A stretch of DNA of 63,904 nucleotides, filler included, from Collodictyon triciliatum (Eukaryota), in NCBI GenBank assembly GCA_043381765.1. It is 3 parts of 3 records of this genome, joined end to end, with 100 filler letters (N's around TTAATTAATTAA, not from the genome) between each part and the next. Parts side by side here need not be neighbours in the genome. Positions count along the whole stretch, not along the records: positions 1 to 23,168 come from JBHJMP010001125.1; positions 23,269 to 40,762 come from JBHJMP010001126.1; 1 more part is not named here. One strand, given 5' to 3'. Made by a program: the position numbers and the translations under genes. Under the pieces are notes generated by a model. That model had not been told where the DNA came from and did not search any database. It saw nothing but the letters and a program-made list of their open reading frames with translations. Of the stretch, positions 12,801 through 26,440 are shown piece after piece. Numbering within the stretch: the stretch's first letter is position 1; each line of letters opens with the position of its first letter.

Positions 12801-15800
12801 CGGGTACACCTCCTTGTTTACGCTTGCTTTTTTTTAACGCAATTTTATTTCCTTCCCTCTAGCAGCATTAACATCATCAACTTATAGATTTTATCAATAT
12901 CTCAAAGCATTTCCCAACATCTAGTCATCCATACGCTCTGACGACTACTGGAGAGGATTCCTGGCCAAAAAGAGCAAAAGCGTTTTGGGTAGGACAAAAG
13001 AGCTTTGGTTTGTCATTAAAGAGGGGACTATGACATGCTATCCTGAAATCAAGGCAATTATTAATTTATTATTTTTTTACAAAATCAAAATGTTAATTTC
13101 TTTGTAGTATATATATGTTCTGATAAAGTCTTTATCAAAGACTATCACATTCGTTTGAAGAAATTGTTTCAAGATATCATGCTTGTAAATTTCTTTGTTG
13201 AAATAAAAATGAATTAGTCTGTCAATCCATTGTCGGTCTACGATTTAAGGGGGGCATTTCTGAGGGACTTGGACAAGCTATCCTTTGAACTAATTCTGGT
13301 AGATACGACCAGATTGCAATTGACCACAGGGACGTTTCTTGACTTTGATCTATGTCGCGCTGCATTAAAAAAGAATATATCAGGCAACATGGTGAGTACC
13401 CATAAACATGAGGAGATATAGATATATATAAGAATCGAAGAAAGATAAAATAAAGTATAAAACATATTCATTTGCTTAATATGTGAAAACCTTGAAGCGA
13501 ATTCAAATTTATGCCAATTTATCTAATGCTCACAAGCATTCAAAACTACACTCTAAATGCTTTAATAGGGCAACAAAGATGGAGTTATCAGGTCCGGAAA
13601 TCTTAACATTAGCAGAGCCACACCTGGAAAAACGGCAAAGAAAGAACCAAGGATGTATTGGGTCGTGTTAACCAAAGAAACTTTTTCTTACTTCAAAACT
13701 CAACAAGTACGTGTGTTAAGATAAATAGGCAGAAAAATATATGTCGATATGGTCTATCAAGCAAACAATTTATTTTGGTAAACTCAGGAAGATTCACCCA
13801 CTAAACTACTTTGCGATGCAGGACCCTGTTCCAAAAAAGTCCTTTAATCTTAGTACGGTGCGACTGTTGAAAACGATTTCAACTCCAAACGATTGTTCCT
13901 TCTACATTCAGTTTCCAAAGAAGGTTCACATCCGAAACTCAACATGCATTATGACATTCTGTTTTTATTGCAATTTGAAATTTTCTCGTCTGTCGTCAAT
14001 TGTCCATCGCCACTTTTCCTTTTATTCGATTAGATAATTTCGAATAAAATAAAAACTAGATTGTCAAAGTCGTCGCCTCAAATCACCAGATTGCTATGCA
14101 GTGGAAGGAAGACCTTAAAATCGCCATCAATAGCATCGAACTTGAAGCCAGAATGAAGAAGCGTAACCCTGCCCAGAAGCTTTCGTCTTCATGTAAGAGT
14201 CTTCTTGCAGAATGAAAATGATATGCTATACTTATGCATAGTTTATTTTGGATAATCTTCAAGCTATCAACACTTCTTTACAAAATAACTGTGCAGATTC
14301 TTCATTGAGAATTGGACCGAATTCAATAACAGAATCATACGCCCATGATGCCGATGGGTACCAATCTACAAGAAAAATTAATACTTTTGGGCAGAAGAAT
14401 GAGGACCACGTAAAATTATTATATTGAAAATGATAAGTCAAATATAGACCTGAAGAGATCTCTTGGTTGTGCCACTCTCAATACTTGCACTTTTTTTTTT
14501 AACTCCAGTATAAATATGCCTGACGCAAGCTCCATTATTTTCTGCAGACTTACAATTTCGTCTTTCTTTTTTTCTTATCCTTCTATTTACTCTTCAACCA
14601 GGTTGTTGTCGATTATTCTAAAGATGAATACAGTAAAGTGGACACTACTTCTTCAAGTTTGCGGAAAAAGAAATCCCAAACTAGAAGAAATAGTGTCCCT
14701 CCAAAACTCGTGCATAGCCGATTCAAGTAATTACGTTCTCATTTAAATTACTCCTGAACAAATACAAATATTTGCATTTTGTTTTGTCGATGGTGAGTGA
14801 TGGAGTAACTCAACAACTATTCCGTTATTCGCAGTGCCGCCATGGGTGACATTTTGCTATTTGATAATGGGACATCATTCATCCGTGCCGGGTCCAATAG
14901 AAAGCCATTCCCACAAACCATTCTTCCAACTATTGTCTGTTACCGAAATATTGGAAACCTAAACGAGTTTAGTGTTGGCTTCGATGTGTTCAAGCAGGTC
15001 AGTTTATCGGAATCGCCAATAAAAATAAATAAACTATTAATTGATATGCAACTTACTAAAAAAAAAAAAAAAAGAAAAGAAAAGGCAACGACCCAATGAT
15101 TAAAGAAATTTATTCACTATGAATATAGCAAGAGTCGATTTCATATGAAATAAGGAGACCCTTCCAGTTTGATACACCAATCAACTGGGATAGCACCGCT
15201 GACCTTTACTCGCATTTAATTGAGCATGAGTTTGATGTTGATGTCCCCAACCATCCCGTAATGAATATAGAAACACTCTCCTTTCTTCACATTCTTAATT
15301 CTAATTCATCAACTGGTCAATATATTTTCTTTGGTTTGTTCAGATCGCTTTGACGAAACCAACTGGTTTTCACGAGATGGATGAAGCCAACATGATTGAG
15401 CTTTTCATGGAGGGATTTCAGGCGCCCGCTATTTTTCTGTATGACTCCGGTCCGCTACCTGTTTATGCACTGAACAAGACCTGTGGATTAGTTGTAGATA
15501 TTGGAACACGAACACAGGTTGGGGTTCCTTTCCACAGCAACAAATAAATAATTTTTTTTTATCGTTGCTAACAACAAAGAATAAATTACCGTTTCAATCT
15601 TACAAAGCTGAGAACGATAAAATTTCATACAAAATATATTTTCCAATCATTTTAATTCGTTTGTAGAGTTTATTAAGCAAAAACAAAATGCACAAATGTG
15701 TGGCATGCAGGTCACGCCCGTTTACGAGAAGTTTTCAATCCCCGAGGGAAATCTTCGCTCAAATATAGGCGGTTGGTATGTGGATTCATCTCTCAGTAAG

Positions 15801-16635
15801 CTCATTTCACAAGACCTTGGGACTTACATCCCATCAAAGAAAACACACACTGCCGTATCTACCATGAAAGAAAAGTGAGTCGCGCTCGTCAAACGATGAA
15901 AATTGCCCTCCGATATGTCTCACCTGTTTTCGGTGTATACGCTGTATCTGGGGTCATAAGTGTAGTGCTTTTTTTTAAAAATAAAACAAATTACTTTATA
16001 GACTATGCTATGTCTCTGTCGACTATAAGGAGGAACTCCAGGAATGGAGTACTGGCAAGGCTAGCAAGCGACGTCCATTCACTCTGGACAAACAGTCCAT
16101 CATGATTGGAACACAACGCTTCCGTGCTCCGGAGCTTTTGTTTGACCCAAAACCAGCAGGCTATGATTTGGACGGAATTGCTGACATGATTCGGGCGTCA
16201 ATCAATAGCTGTGACATTCATCTGAGGAAGGATTTGTCCCAGAATATTATCTTATCAGGAGGCACAACCTTGATGCCGGGTGAGACTATGAATGCATTAC
16301 AAGGATTGGAATGGAATGAGACCTATATATACAACTGTCAACTTGCTTTTCTTTGTACGATATTGTACTTTACATTATTATTTATATTATATCGATCTGA
16401 CTTATGGAATGTTCCACCAGGATTTGTGGAGCGCCTTGAACTCGAGCTTGAAAAGGCCACTCCAAAACTACCCCCCGTAAATATAATTGCCAGCGCGCAC
16501 CGCAAGTACCTTCCCTGGTACGGACTTAAATCGATTGTCACCGACCCAGACTTTGCGAGGCATTGGACAACGGCAGAACAATATTGGGAGGAAGGGGCAC
16601 GCCCAATGGAAGAAGACAACGGTGTTTACGAATGA
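9802..16635 (+). CDS. ~1300-aa protein: low-complexity/coiled-coil N-terminus + four PH domains + C-terminal actin-related domain (20 exons)
   Basis: Phase-consistent exon chain: 9802-10695, 11002-11308, 11510-11568, 11751-11864, 11974-12174, 12329-12445, 12630-12803, 12925-13053, 13218-13391, 13569-13706, 13822-13923, 14060-14192, 14297-14409, 14602-14726, 14835-14997, 15129-15257, 15344-15517, 15711-15874, 16002-16279, 16421-16635. PH motifs: MKGILFKK...RERWYKKL; RQGNL...MEHWLNCV; WRGFLAKK...LWFVIK; RSGNL...YWVVLT...AMQWKEDL. Actin motifs: LLFDNGTSFIRAG, GLVVDIG, MKEKLCYVSVDY, IGTQRFRAPELLFDP, DIHLRKDLSQNIILSGGTTLMPGFVERLELEL. Confidence 0.85.
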
Positions 16636-17406
16636 TTTATGATTTAATATATTCCTTTTGATAAGGAACAGAGAGGGAACATATACGTCGAGAGTGGAGG
16701 AACTTCAGTCTGAATTAAATAAAACAACCAAGTACACGATTCTCGGTTAACATGGCACGACTCATTATGCTTCGTCCTTCCTTTTTCCTCCCTGCAATGT
16801 GTCTGGTCTATGCTGTGGCTGGGAAAAAGGAGAGAATCTGTGGCAAATGAAATAGACAAGATGTGACTCTTTCATCCCGCTGCTGTGATGGGTGTACTCA
16901 TGTTCAGGAACAACTCAACTGACGCATCAGTATTTCTTTGTTTGCTTATTCCGTACGCGTTGGGATGCCGGACAAGTATAAGTGGTGATTTAGGATTCGA
17001 TGTATCATTTCCACATTTAGTGAGTCTTATCAACTACATGAAGCAGAAAGTGACCTGTTAGATATGGCCGAGAGGTTGACTGAACACATCCCACCTTTTT
17101 TCACTTGGTATCCGCCATTAAGTCCGATGCGACACAAGTTGAAGCAGCATCCGAAGGTCATCCACATCGCGCAGATGTTTTGTGTGATGCACGATGCAGG
17201 CCTTTTCTTTGGCTGGGACACCTTCGGAGGGATTTATTTACGCGCGTGTGTCTGGTCTTGAGAAGCCAAAACGCAACTGTGCCCAAGACTTCTGCCCATC
17301 TACCCCGCCTACCACTCCGACAAATGATCTCAATTATCTGAAGAATCAACCCCTAATATAAAACCTACTAACGCAGTATATTTTGTTTGCTCAGGTGCTA
17401 GTCAAT

Positions 17407-20149
17407 ATGCAGCGGAATCGTGAGTGGCCAAGCGCTTTTATCTTCGCCTTTCTTGCGACTTTGATGCTCCACCGACTCCCCGCGCAAGGTCAATTTGTGA
17501 AGTACCACGGTTTGCTTGGGACACACGCCGACATGCAAACAGGCTCATACTTTGGAAGCTCCCTGGCCATCTCTCGAAACGGGGCGTTTCTTGTTGTTGG
17601 TTCGTTAAGAGACACTGCGGATGGCGCCTTCGGTGCTGGTTCTGCATCCATCTTTTCTCGCAATGGACCGGAATGGAGTCTTACAACAACTCTGGTATCT
17701 CCGCGCCATAATTACTGGGCTTCTTTCGGTGTTGCAGTGGCCATATCTGAAGACCGGCTGGCTGTTGGCGCACCTTTTGACGATTTATCAGGTGCGGTTT
17801 ATACATATGTGCAACAATCTGGGGGATGGATTTACCATTCCACGTTGTCTAAAAACGAAGGAAAAAACATGGGTGGGTCTTTGGCCATGGATGGAGATCT
17901 TCTGGTTGTTGGAACAGTATTTTCATCAGGTTCTTTGCTGGCATACACGTGGTCAGGAGGTGACTGGTCGTATTACTTGTCTCTCTCAGCAACATCAGTG
18001 GATAGCTGGGCTTGGAATGCTGTGGCCTTAAGTGCCGCTTGGGTTGTGGTTGGGTCGTCGACCGAAAACATGAGGCAGGGAGCTGCATATACATGGCCAA
18101 GGCTTGCGTCTGCCATCGATTCAGGTAGTATTCATAGGATTTCTGCTGATAATCCAGTGGATGACACATACCTCGGTCTCTCTGTGGTATTTATTTCTAG
18201 CAATGTTCTCGCACTTGGAAGCCAAGGAATCTCTTCGGTCTCCATTTTCTCCCATTTCTCCCACACTGGCTGGGTAAGGACAAATGACTTGGTCATCTCG
18301 TCACAAGGCTCCTCGCTAGCCTCAAGTATCTCATTTTCCGGGAGTTACCTGTTGGTGGGAGACCATCAGAATCAGAGAGCTACTGTCTTTTCATTTTCAG
18401 GAACGGAATGGTCGGCCCCGTATGAAATCCCTAAACCTGGATGTGAAAATCCAAGAGGTGATTTTGGAATCAGAGTTCTCATTCATGAGAATGAAATCTT
18501 TGTCAGTGACCCAAGAGAAACCAACAGCTCAGGAGCCATCCCCATGGTTCATATCTTTCACACGACCCAAAGTAATGAATTATTCATAAAAAAAACCATG
18601 TATACGCCCTCTGCAACATTCTTTTGTTCAATATTTTAAAAAAATCGAGGCAGTGTGCTCGACTGCACGGTCGGTATTCTCCATGGAATAAAAAAATAGC
18701 CTTTAGTATGATATCGGCTATTTTCTATAAATTAATTTATTTTACATCCAGACGCAGCCTCTCCCTATGTCACCATGAAGTCGGAGTCGCCCTACAGCAG
18801 GGTCATTCTTCATCACAACATCAATGGAAAATCTAACAATCTTGGATACTCTATATCTGCTCAAGGGAACCTTGTCTCCATATCCCAGCCTGCCTGTTCT
18901 GAGGACAGTAAAATTGACAGAGCATGTGGTAAGGTTTACTTGATGGAGACATCACAAAAAGGATGGCGCCTCGTTCAGTATTTCCAATATCTCGGGCGGA
19001 TTCCGTATTCTCGCTTCGGAAACAACATACTGCTTAAGAACGGATGGTTGCTCATAGCCTCAGAAGCATTGATGGACCCAATCACGGGCATTGAGCAGTC
19101 GGCTGTCTATGGATTTCAGTACTCGCCCAGCCAGGGAAGATTTGTTCGAAGATATTTGGTGTCATCTCCATGGAATGAGCCATACCAATACTTTGGAAAG
19201 AGTTTCGCGATTGACGGAAATATTACCATCGTCTCTGCTCCATATGCCAGCGTATACAATTATAACAGCAAAGGTCGTGTGTATATGTTCCACTATCCAA
19301 AATATATCAATAAAAGCGGCACGCCAAAAGCACTGCAAATTACATCTCCAAACATAGAAGAGGATTTTGGATTCGGACTAAGTGTAGCAGCAAGTAATGG
19401 CATTCTTGTCGTTTCTGCAGACACTTTGCACGGGAGATTATATGTATTTTCGTTCGAAAGCATCAATTCGCACGCGCTGGTGCAAACAATCGTAGCCGAA
19501 GGCATAGAACATCATATACTGGGATATCGCATGGTCTTTGAAGGAAACGATTTGTTTGCAACGAGCTACGGCACACGGAATATGCGCCATGCAGCTGGTG
19601 CAATCTACCACTTCCGATATGAGAAGGATAACGAATTCCATCAGATAAACCGAATGACCGCGATTGGTGAAGACAGCAATCAACACTTTGGAGTATCGCT
19701 AGCTTACAATCAAAAGAGGAATTACCTCGTTGTTGGGTCGTCGCCTGGTTGGACTTGCTCCGGCTGTGTGGATTCAGGTAAAAGGGGCTCAATGAAAAAT
19801 GAGACGATAAATGCATTGATTGTTTCATACTTTTGCCTTTGATGAATATAGATAAATAATCACGGGCAGTCTAAATACTTTAATTAAAATATGCTTTGTT
19901 GTCCCTCTCTTCTTATTTGTATTTACCATGGTGGATTAAGCGGATCATCACGCTCCCACGTCGGTTTACGTGCTTCAAAACACGGGAGGAGGCGTTTGGA
20001 AGCAAACAAAGCACAGTCTCGGAAAGCATGATGGCTCAGACTCGTTTGGATTTAGTGTCGGAAGTAACGATGCTGGAATCTTTGTGGGAGCCCCATTTGA
20101 TGGTTTGTACGCAGATAATAGAGGAGCAGTCTACTTCATTAGCCTCTGA
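17407..20149 (+). CDS. Secreted FG-GAP repeat protein, 14 repeats (two 7-bladed propellers), 799 aa, 3 exons
   Basis: Exons 17407-18571, 18752-19777 and 19941-20149 total 2400 nt in frame. Signal-peptide-like start (MQRNREWPSAFIFAFLATLMLHRLPAQG). Repeats such as SFGVAVAISEDRLAVGAPFDDLSGAVYTY and SFGFSVGSNDAGIFVGAPFDG..RGAVYF. No transmembrane helix. Confidence 0.85.
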
Positions 20150-20706
20150 AAGTGATGGTGCTTCCAAAGACTAAGAAAGAAAAATATATTAAAAATAAAA
20201 TAAAAAAAAAGAGAAAAAGCAAAGCTAGATTAAAACAAATTAACGCTTCCTTGAATTATTATTATTTTTTTTTTTTGCAATCTAACCTACTAAAAGCGCA
20301 TACTGCCCAATAACTACTCGCGATATTATAATAGAGGTGTGGAATAACACCCTGTTGCTGAAATGTTGTATAATGTAAGATACATTCATTTGTATGTTTT
20401 CTTTTTTAAAATATATGTATACAATTGCAAGAAAAGCGTAATAACGTCGTGAGTATTTCCGGCTTCGATGTCACTTAGGGTACGTTGAGCTTTTCATGTA
20501 TTGCACATTTGACAAGTGGTTATATGAAGAAAAAAGGCAGATGAAAATTCTTTTAAAGAACGAGGCATGCAGCAGAGTCACTCTTTCAGCTGGTTTTTTC
20601 TTTCTTGTTAAAACAAAGAAGGAAAAGTATCAAAAAATTGATTCAGTATTGAAGCGTGAATCTCAGGCACGTTGCCGCGCTCAGTGTTGTATTCAGTTCA
20701 TTCCAA

Positions 20707-22118
<1,412 letters not shown>

Positions 22119-22699
22119 CGCCCAGGCAGATCTTTCGTAGTCACTATCAATATCCCTTCTCTGGCCTTTGATAATCCCCTGCTTGCTCTTTGTGCGGCGC
22201 TCGAGTGATTATGCAAAGGAAAAAAGCAAAAAAATGTATTATATTTTCCACAATTAGACATATTCTATGAAAAGCACACCCATCAGGCAAATGTTTCCAG
22301 AATTGTTTTCTCTCCTCTCTTTTGCTTGTTTGAGCGGAATGATTCATTCATCCCAACCAATTTGAATCAAAATAAACAGGAAAAAAATAGAAGAAAAAAA
22401 GAGAAAAAAAAGGACAAAATAATAAAAATAATTAAGGAGGAGGCAAACGGAAAGGAAAGATAGGCAATACAAGTTATTATCATTGCGCACTCTCTCGCTT
22501 GATCGCTGCTTCCACAAAGCCGGAGCTTTTCCCAGTAATTCGGCACAAACCTCTCCGGCTCGACGCATCCAACCAAATAGCGATGTTTGGTGGATCGGGA
22601 GTCGGGAATGTTAGAAAAGGCTTTGTTTTTTTCGATCGTAAGGGATTCGGCTCCCGCGATTCAATCACCATGTGTCCCTTCCAAACATTTTCTATCCAA

Positions 22700-23100
22700 C
22701 TTTTTTCTTCTTTTCTTCTATTTCTTCTATTTCTTCTTTTCTTCTTTTCTTCTTTTCTTCTTTTCTTCTTTTCTTCTTTTCTTCTTTTCTTCTTTTTCTT
22801 TTTCTTTTTCTTTTTCTTCTTTTTCTTTTTCTTCTTTTTTCTTCTTTGTCTTTTTCTTCTTCTTCTTCTTCTTCTTTTCTTCTTCTTTTCTTCTTCTTTG
22901 TCTTCTTTTTCTTCTTCTTTTTCTTCTTCTTTTTCTTCTTTTTCTTCTTTTTCTTCTTTTTCTTCTTTTTCTTCTTTTTCTTCTTTTCTTTTCTTCTTTT
23001 CTTTTCTTCTTTTCTTTTCTTCTTTTCTTTTCTTCTTTTCTTTTCTTCTTTTCTTTTCTTCTTTTCTTCTTTTCTTTTCTTCTTTTCTTTTCTTTCCTTT
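22700..23100. repeat. ~400-nt pure pyrimidine (TTC/TTTTC) low-complexity tract
   Basis: Directly visible. It generates spurious poly-F/S and poly-K/E ORFs. Confidence 0.95.
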
Positions 23101-23168
23101 TTAGTAAAAAAAAAGGGGAAAACTTGGAGTAATCCGGGATGCTCCAAGCGTCCATTTCTATCTCTCCA

Positions 23169-23268
23169 NNNNNNNNNNNNNNNNNNNNNNNNNNNNNNNN
23201 NNNNNNNNNNNNTTAATTAATTAANNNNNNNNNNNNNNNNNNNNNNNNNNNNNNNNNNNNNNNNNNNN
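23169..23268. other. Artificial contig linker N44-TTAATTAATTAA-N44
   Basis: Exactly 100 nt with an all-frame stop cassette. An identical structure occurs at 40763-40862. Confidence 0.9.
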
Positions 23269-23342
23269 GGGAGGGGGGGGGGGGGGGGGGGGGGCCGGAA
23301 TGAAGGAAAAAACAAAAAAGGATCTCGTATGTGCCACAATAC

Positions 23343-25516
23343 CAGAACATCAGCGTCTGAACCCACAGAAATGACTCCTTTTCCAACAAGCTTCATAGCA
23401 GTAGCAGGATTCGATGTGGCCAGCCTCACTGCATCTTGCAAAGGCCAGCGGTGAGCCTGAACTAAGGTTTTTATGGTCTTCAATAGGGTGTCTGGCTTCC
23501 CAACTCCATACCCGATGGTGTTGCCGTTGGAATCAAACTTTGGAAATGATCCATATGCGTCTGAGGAAAGGGTGATTCGCTCGATTGGCAACCCTTCATT
23601 TCTGAATCGCACAAGCGCTTCGATTGTGTCAGCCTCACCCTCTCCGTCAGCCGTCATATCTATAAACCTGGTTTCATAGAATGGGTGGCGATAGTTAGGT
23701 AAAATGTAAGGTGCCATACAGCAATTGAGAAGACTGACAAGTCATATACGTGAAAGGCACTTTATGGATTCAAGTCTTCAAAAAAGAAGAAAAAAAAGGG
23801 GAGCGAATAGAGGCCTCAATATTTTTCTGATGTATACAATTATATGTATTTGCGTTGATTGCCAGACCCGCCACTAGTTAGCCATTCTTTCGATGCTTCA
23901 AGTAGAGCAGGACCGCGGCTGCTTATATGGGTGGGTATAATCTAAGAGTGATATTAAAATGCTTCCAGTGAGACTTTTTTTTTCAAAAGGAAAGTGAAAA
24001 CAGCCTTCGCGGCATTTATGAGTACCTGTGTTATCGGCATATCTCCCTCTCTAACAACCCCCCAAAGTGGGTCCAACATTTTACTGGAACTCCCAACATG
24101 GACATGGACGATGCCTTTCCATAGAGAAATAAAAATCACGATTTTTTTTTTTTGGAGAAACGTATTTACTATACAAACACACTCTTTTAAAACTGCTTCT
24201 TTTCGTCTTCAGGATATACCCAGTTTATATACACTTATTTTAAATTACTTATAGGATGTTTACAATAATGGCACCAATAAAGGCAAAATAGTAACAAGAA
24301 AATAGTGAAAAACCTGCTTTAGCAGAGATAAGGCCCGCAACTCGAGCATCGGAGACTAATTTGTTGAGTTGATCAAGAGTTGGAACACTAGAGCGGGCAT
24401 CTGAGATAGCAACTTTGCTTCCAATTATCTGCGAATTGAGCGGTCAACAAAAAAAAATAATAATAATAAAGAAATGAATTCGAACGAGTGATCAAAATAT
24501 TATGGGGTATGTCCATGAGTTATTTAGAATCTCACTAACCTCTGGAATCCATGTGATGTCATTCTGGACAGAGTCTGTCAGTGTTATTGTAGGAATGCGA
24601 TAGTTCCCTGTCAACATGAAGCCAGTCAGGCCATCTGCAGATAAAGCCCTAGTCTTTGCGAGCAGATTTGTCGGTGCTCGGGTGACACCATCTGTACCAG
24701 CAATAGATACAAATGTTGTAAGTCCACTCAAAATTAATTCTGATAGCAGGGCCTCTGGGGTTCTCGATGCCGGTCCCAATTCACCACCTACAAGATTAAC
24801 AAAATGACGATAAAATACATGTATGATACCCGTTTAAAATTCTTGAAGTATAAATAAAACAACATTATAATTATTGATGATAAATATGACTAAATCAGAT
24901 ATGACTATTGGTTTAATTGAATGACATTTTCGATGAGCATGTAATGATTCTCTTACCACCACCAGCGACGTGGCAGTGCCCATCAACAAAGCCAGGTATG
25001 ATGCTCATGCCACTAACATTAATAACTTGGACTTCTGTAAATCATATGTAAATTATAATTGTATACTTTTTAAAGCCATACTGTTCACTAAGCGAATATG
25101 GTATTGAATGCTGCTTAATATATATAAAGGCTTTCAAAATCAGTAGAGTGTTTATCGTTAATCTATTTGCGTTATTCATAATACCAGAAGCTGATAGCTA
25201 TAGCAAATGCAACAATAGTCAACATATTTGCAGATTTGAAAACTGTGTGCAACAAACCGGAGAGGTTATCATATGCTGTACTTCCTTGTGGAAGGATGGC
25301 AAGTATTTTTGTCCCTCCGATAAGTACGTTTGCAACACCGATTGGTTGCGGTGTGTATACAGATGCACCTTTCAGCAGGACCTGGCGAGTTTAAATCGTA
25401 TTACACAGTGTATTGAAGGAGGTGATGCATCAAAACAGATATGCAAAGAGAGATAAATGTACATATTTTCGAGCCAGACTTATTCTAAAATTATTATTTT
25501 TATGATGATGATGATG

Positions 25517-25605
<89 letters not shown>

Positions 25606-26046
25606 CAAAGTAGTGAAAAAGCACAATCTCTAAGGTCAAAGTGTGTTTAAAAATAACCATCGGCGATTTGATTGGATTGGAGAAAGGCGCTTCAGAAACA
25701 AGCAGAGTCGGTAACACTTCGAAGGACTCGACATTGTCAGAGATGCGAACCGGAGGGTGGGATTCTGTGGTTGTGAATACCACTCTTTTGAGGCTGTTTC
25801 CTTTGTCTTTTAAATAAAACCCCGACGAAGCGACACACATATTCATGGGTAGGCCGCACTTTTGAGCGCAAGCAGACTCACACTACCTTGGGAGTCCACA
25901 TGAAGGGGAACCCCGTCCACAACCCCAGATTGAATCACACAAGCCAGCGAGACAAAGGCGACGATGAAGCAGGACGAAACCACACGACCGATCGCGGGTC
26001 CAAACGCGTTCTCCTTAAGTGCAATCAAAGAAACTCTGCGCTGCAT
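23343..26046 (-). CDS. iadA: Isoaspartyl dipeptidase (beta-aspartyl peptidase, amidohydrolase family M38) with N-terminal extension; 3' end cut at the linker
   Basis: Spliced: VLLKGASVYTPQPIGVANVLIGGTKILAI / IPGFVDGHCHVAGGGGELGPASRTPE...GTDGVTR...LLAKTRAL...LTGNYRIP / IGSKVAISDARSS...DARVAGLISAKAGIVHVHVG / IPTHISSRG / FIDMTAD...ITLSSDAYGSFPKFD...ATSNPA...GKGVISVGSDADVLV. This is colinear with E. coli IadA motifs as recalled. Confidence 0.9.
25501..25603. repeat. (TAA)n intronic microsatellite
   Basis: Directly visible in an iadA intron. Confidence 0.9.
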
Positions 26047-26440
26047 CGAAGCCAAGAACCTTTTGGAGCATGTGTAAAAGAGTCTCGCTTTAGAGAAGTC
26101 TAGCGCGATGGCTGGCTCTGTTCACAAGCCCGCTCTTGTTGGCCGCTTTTTGGTGCGAGAAAAGGCAAAGGTTTCGGATGACACGGTACCTCTTCTATTT
26201 TACTTTATTTTATTTTATTTTATTTATTTTTTTAAAAGTATATTTTGGCGCGTGTCATTCGGGAACATGATATCTCCGGCTTCGTTGGCACGACTTCTTT
26301 CCCTCCAAAGCCAGCTTCCACGCAGATAGTGATTGTTCTTGTTTCTTTCCATAGTTGATATTCTTTTGTTTCTGGGAGATAAGGGAAAGAAAGTCATGCA
26401 AGAAGGCAACGAGCGAAAAATGGGCGGTGTTGCGAATGGG

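Noticed and set aside
16860-17345. Short ORFs between the PH-actin and FG-GAP genes
   Set aside because: No recognisable motif or consistent splice model.
17407-20149. Integrin alpha subunit
   Set aside because: No leg domains, transmembrane helix, GFFKR motif or Ca-binding loops.
22499-23220. Long poly-F/S and poly-K/E ORFs
   Set aside because: Artefacts of the pyrimidine low-complexity tract.
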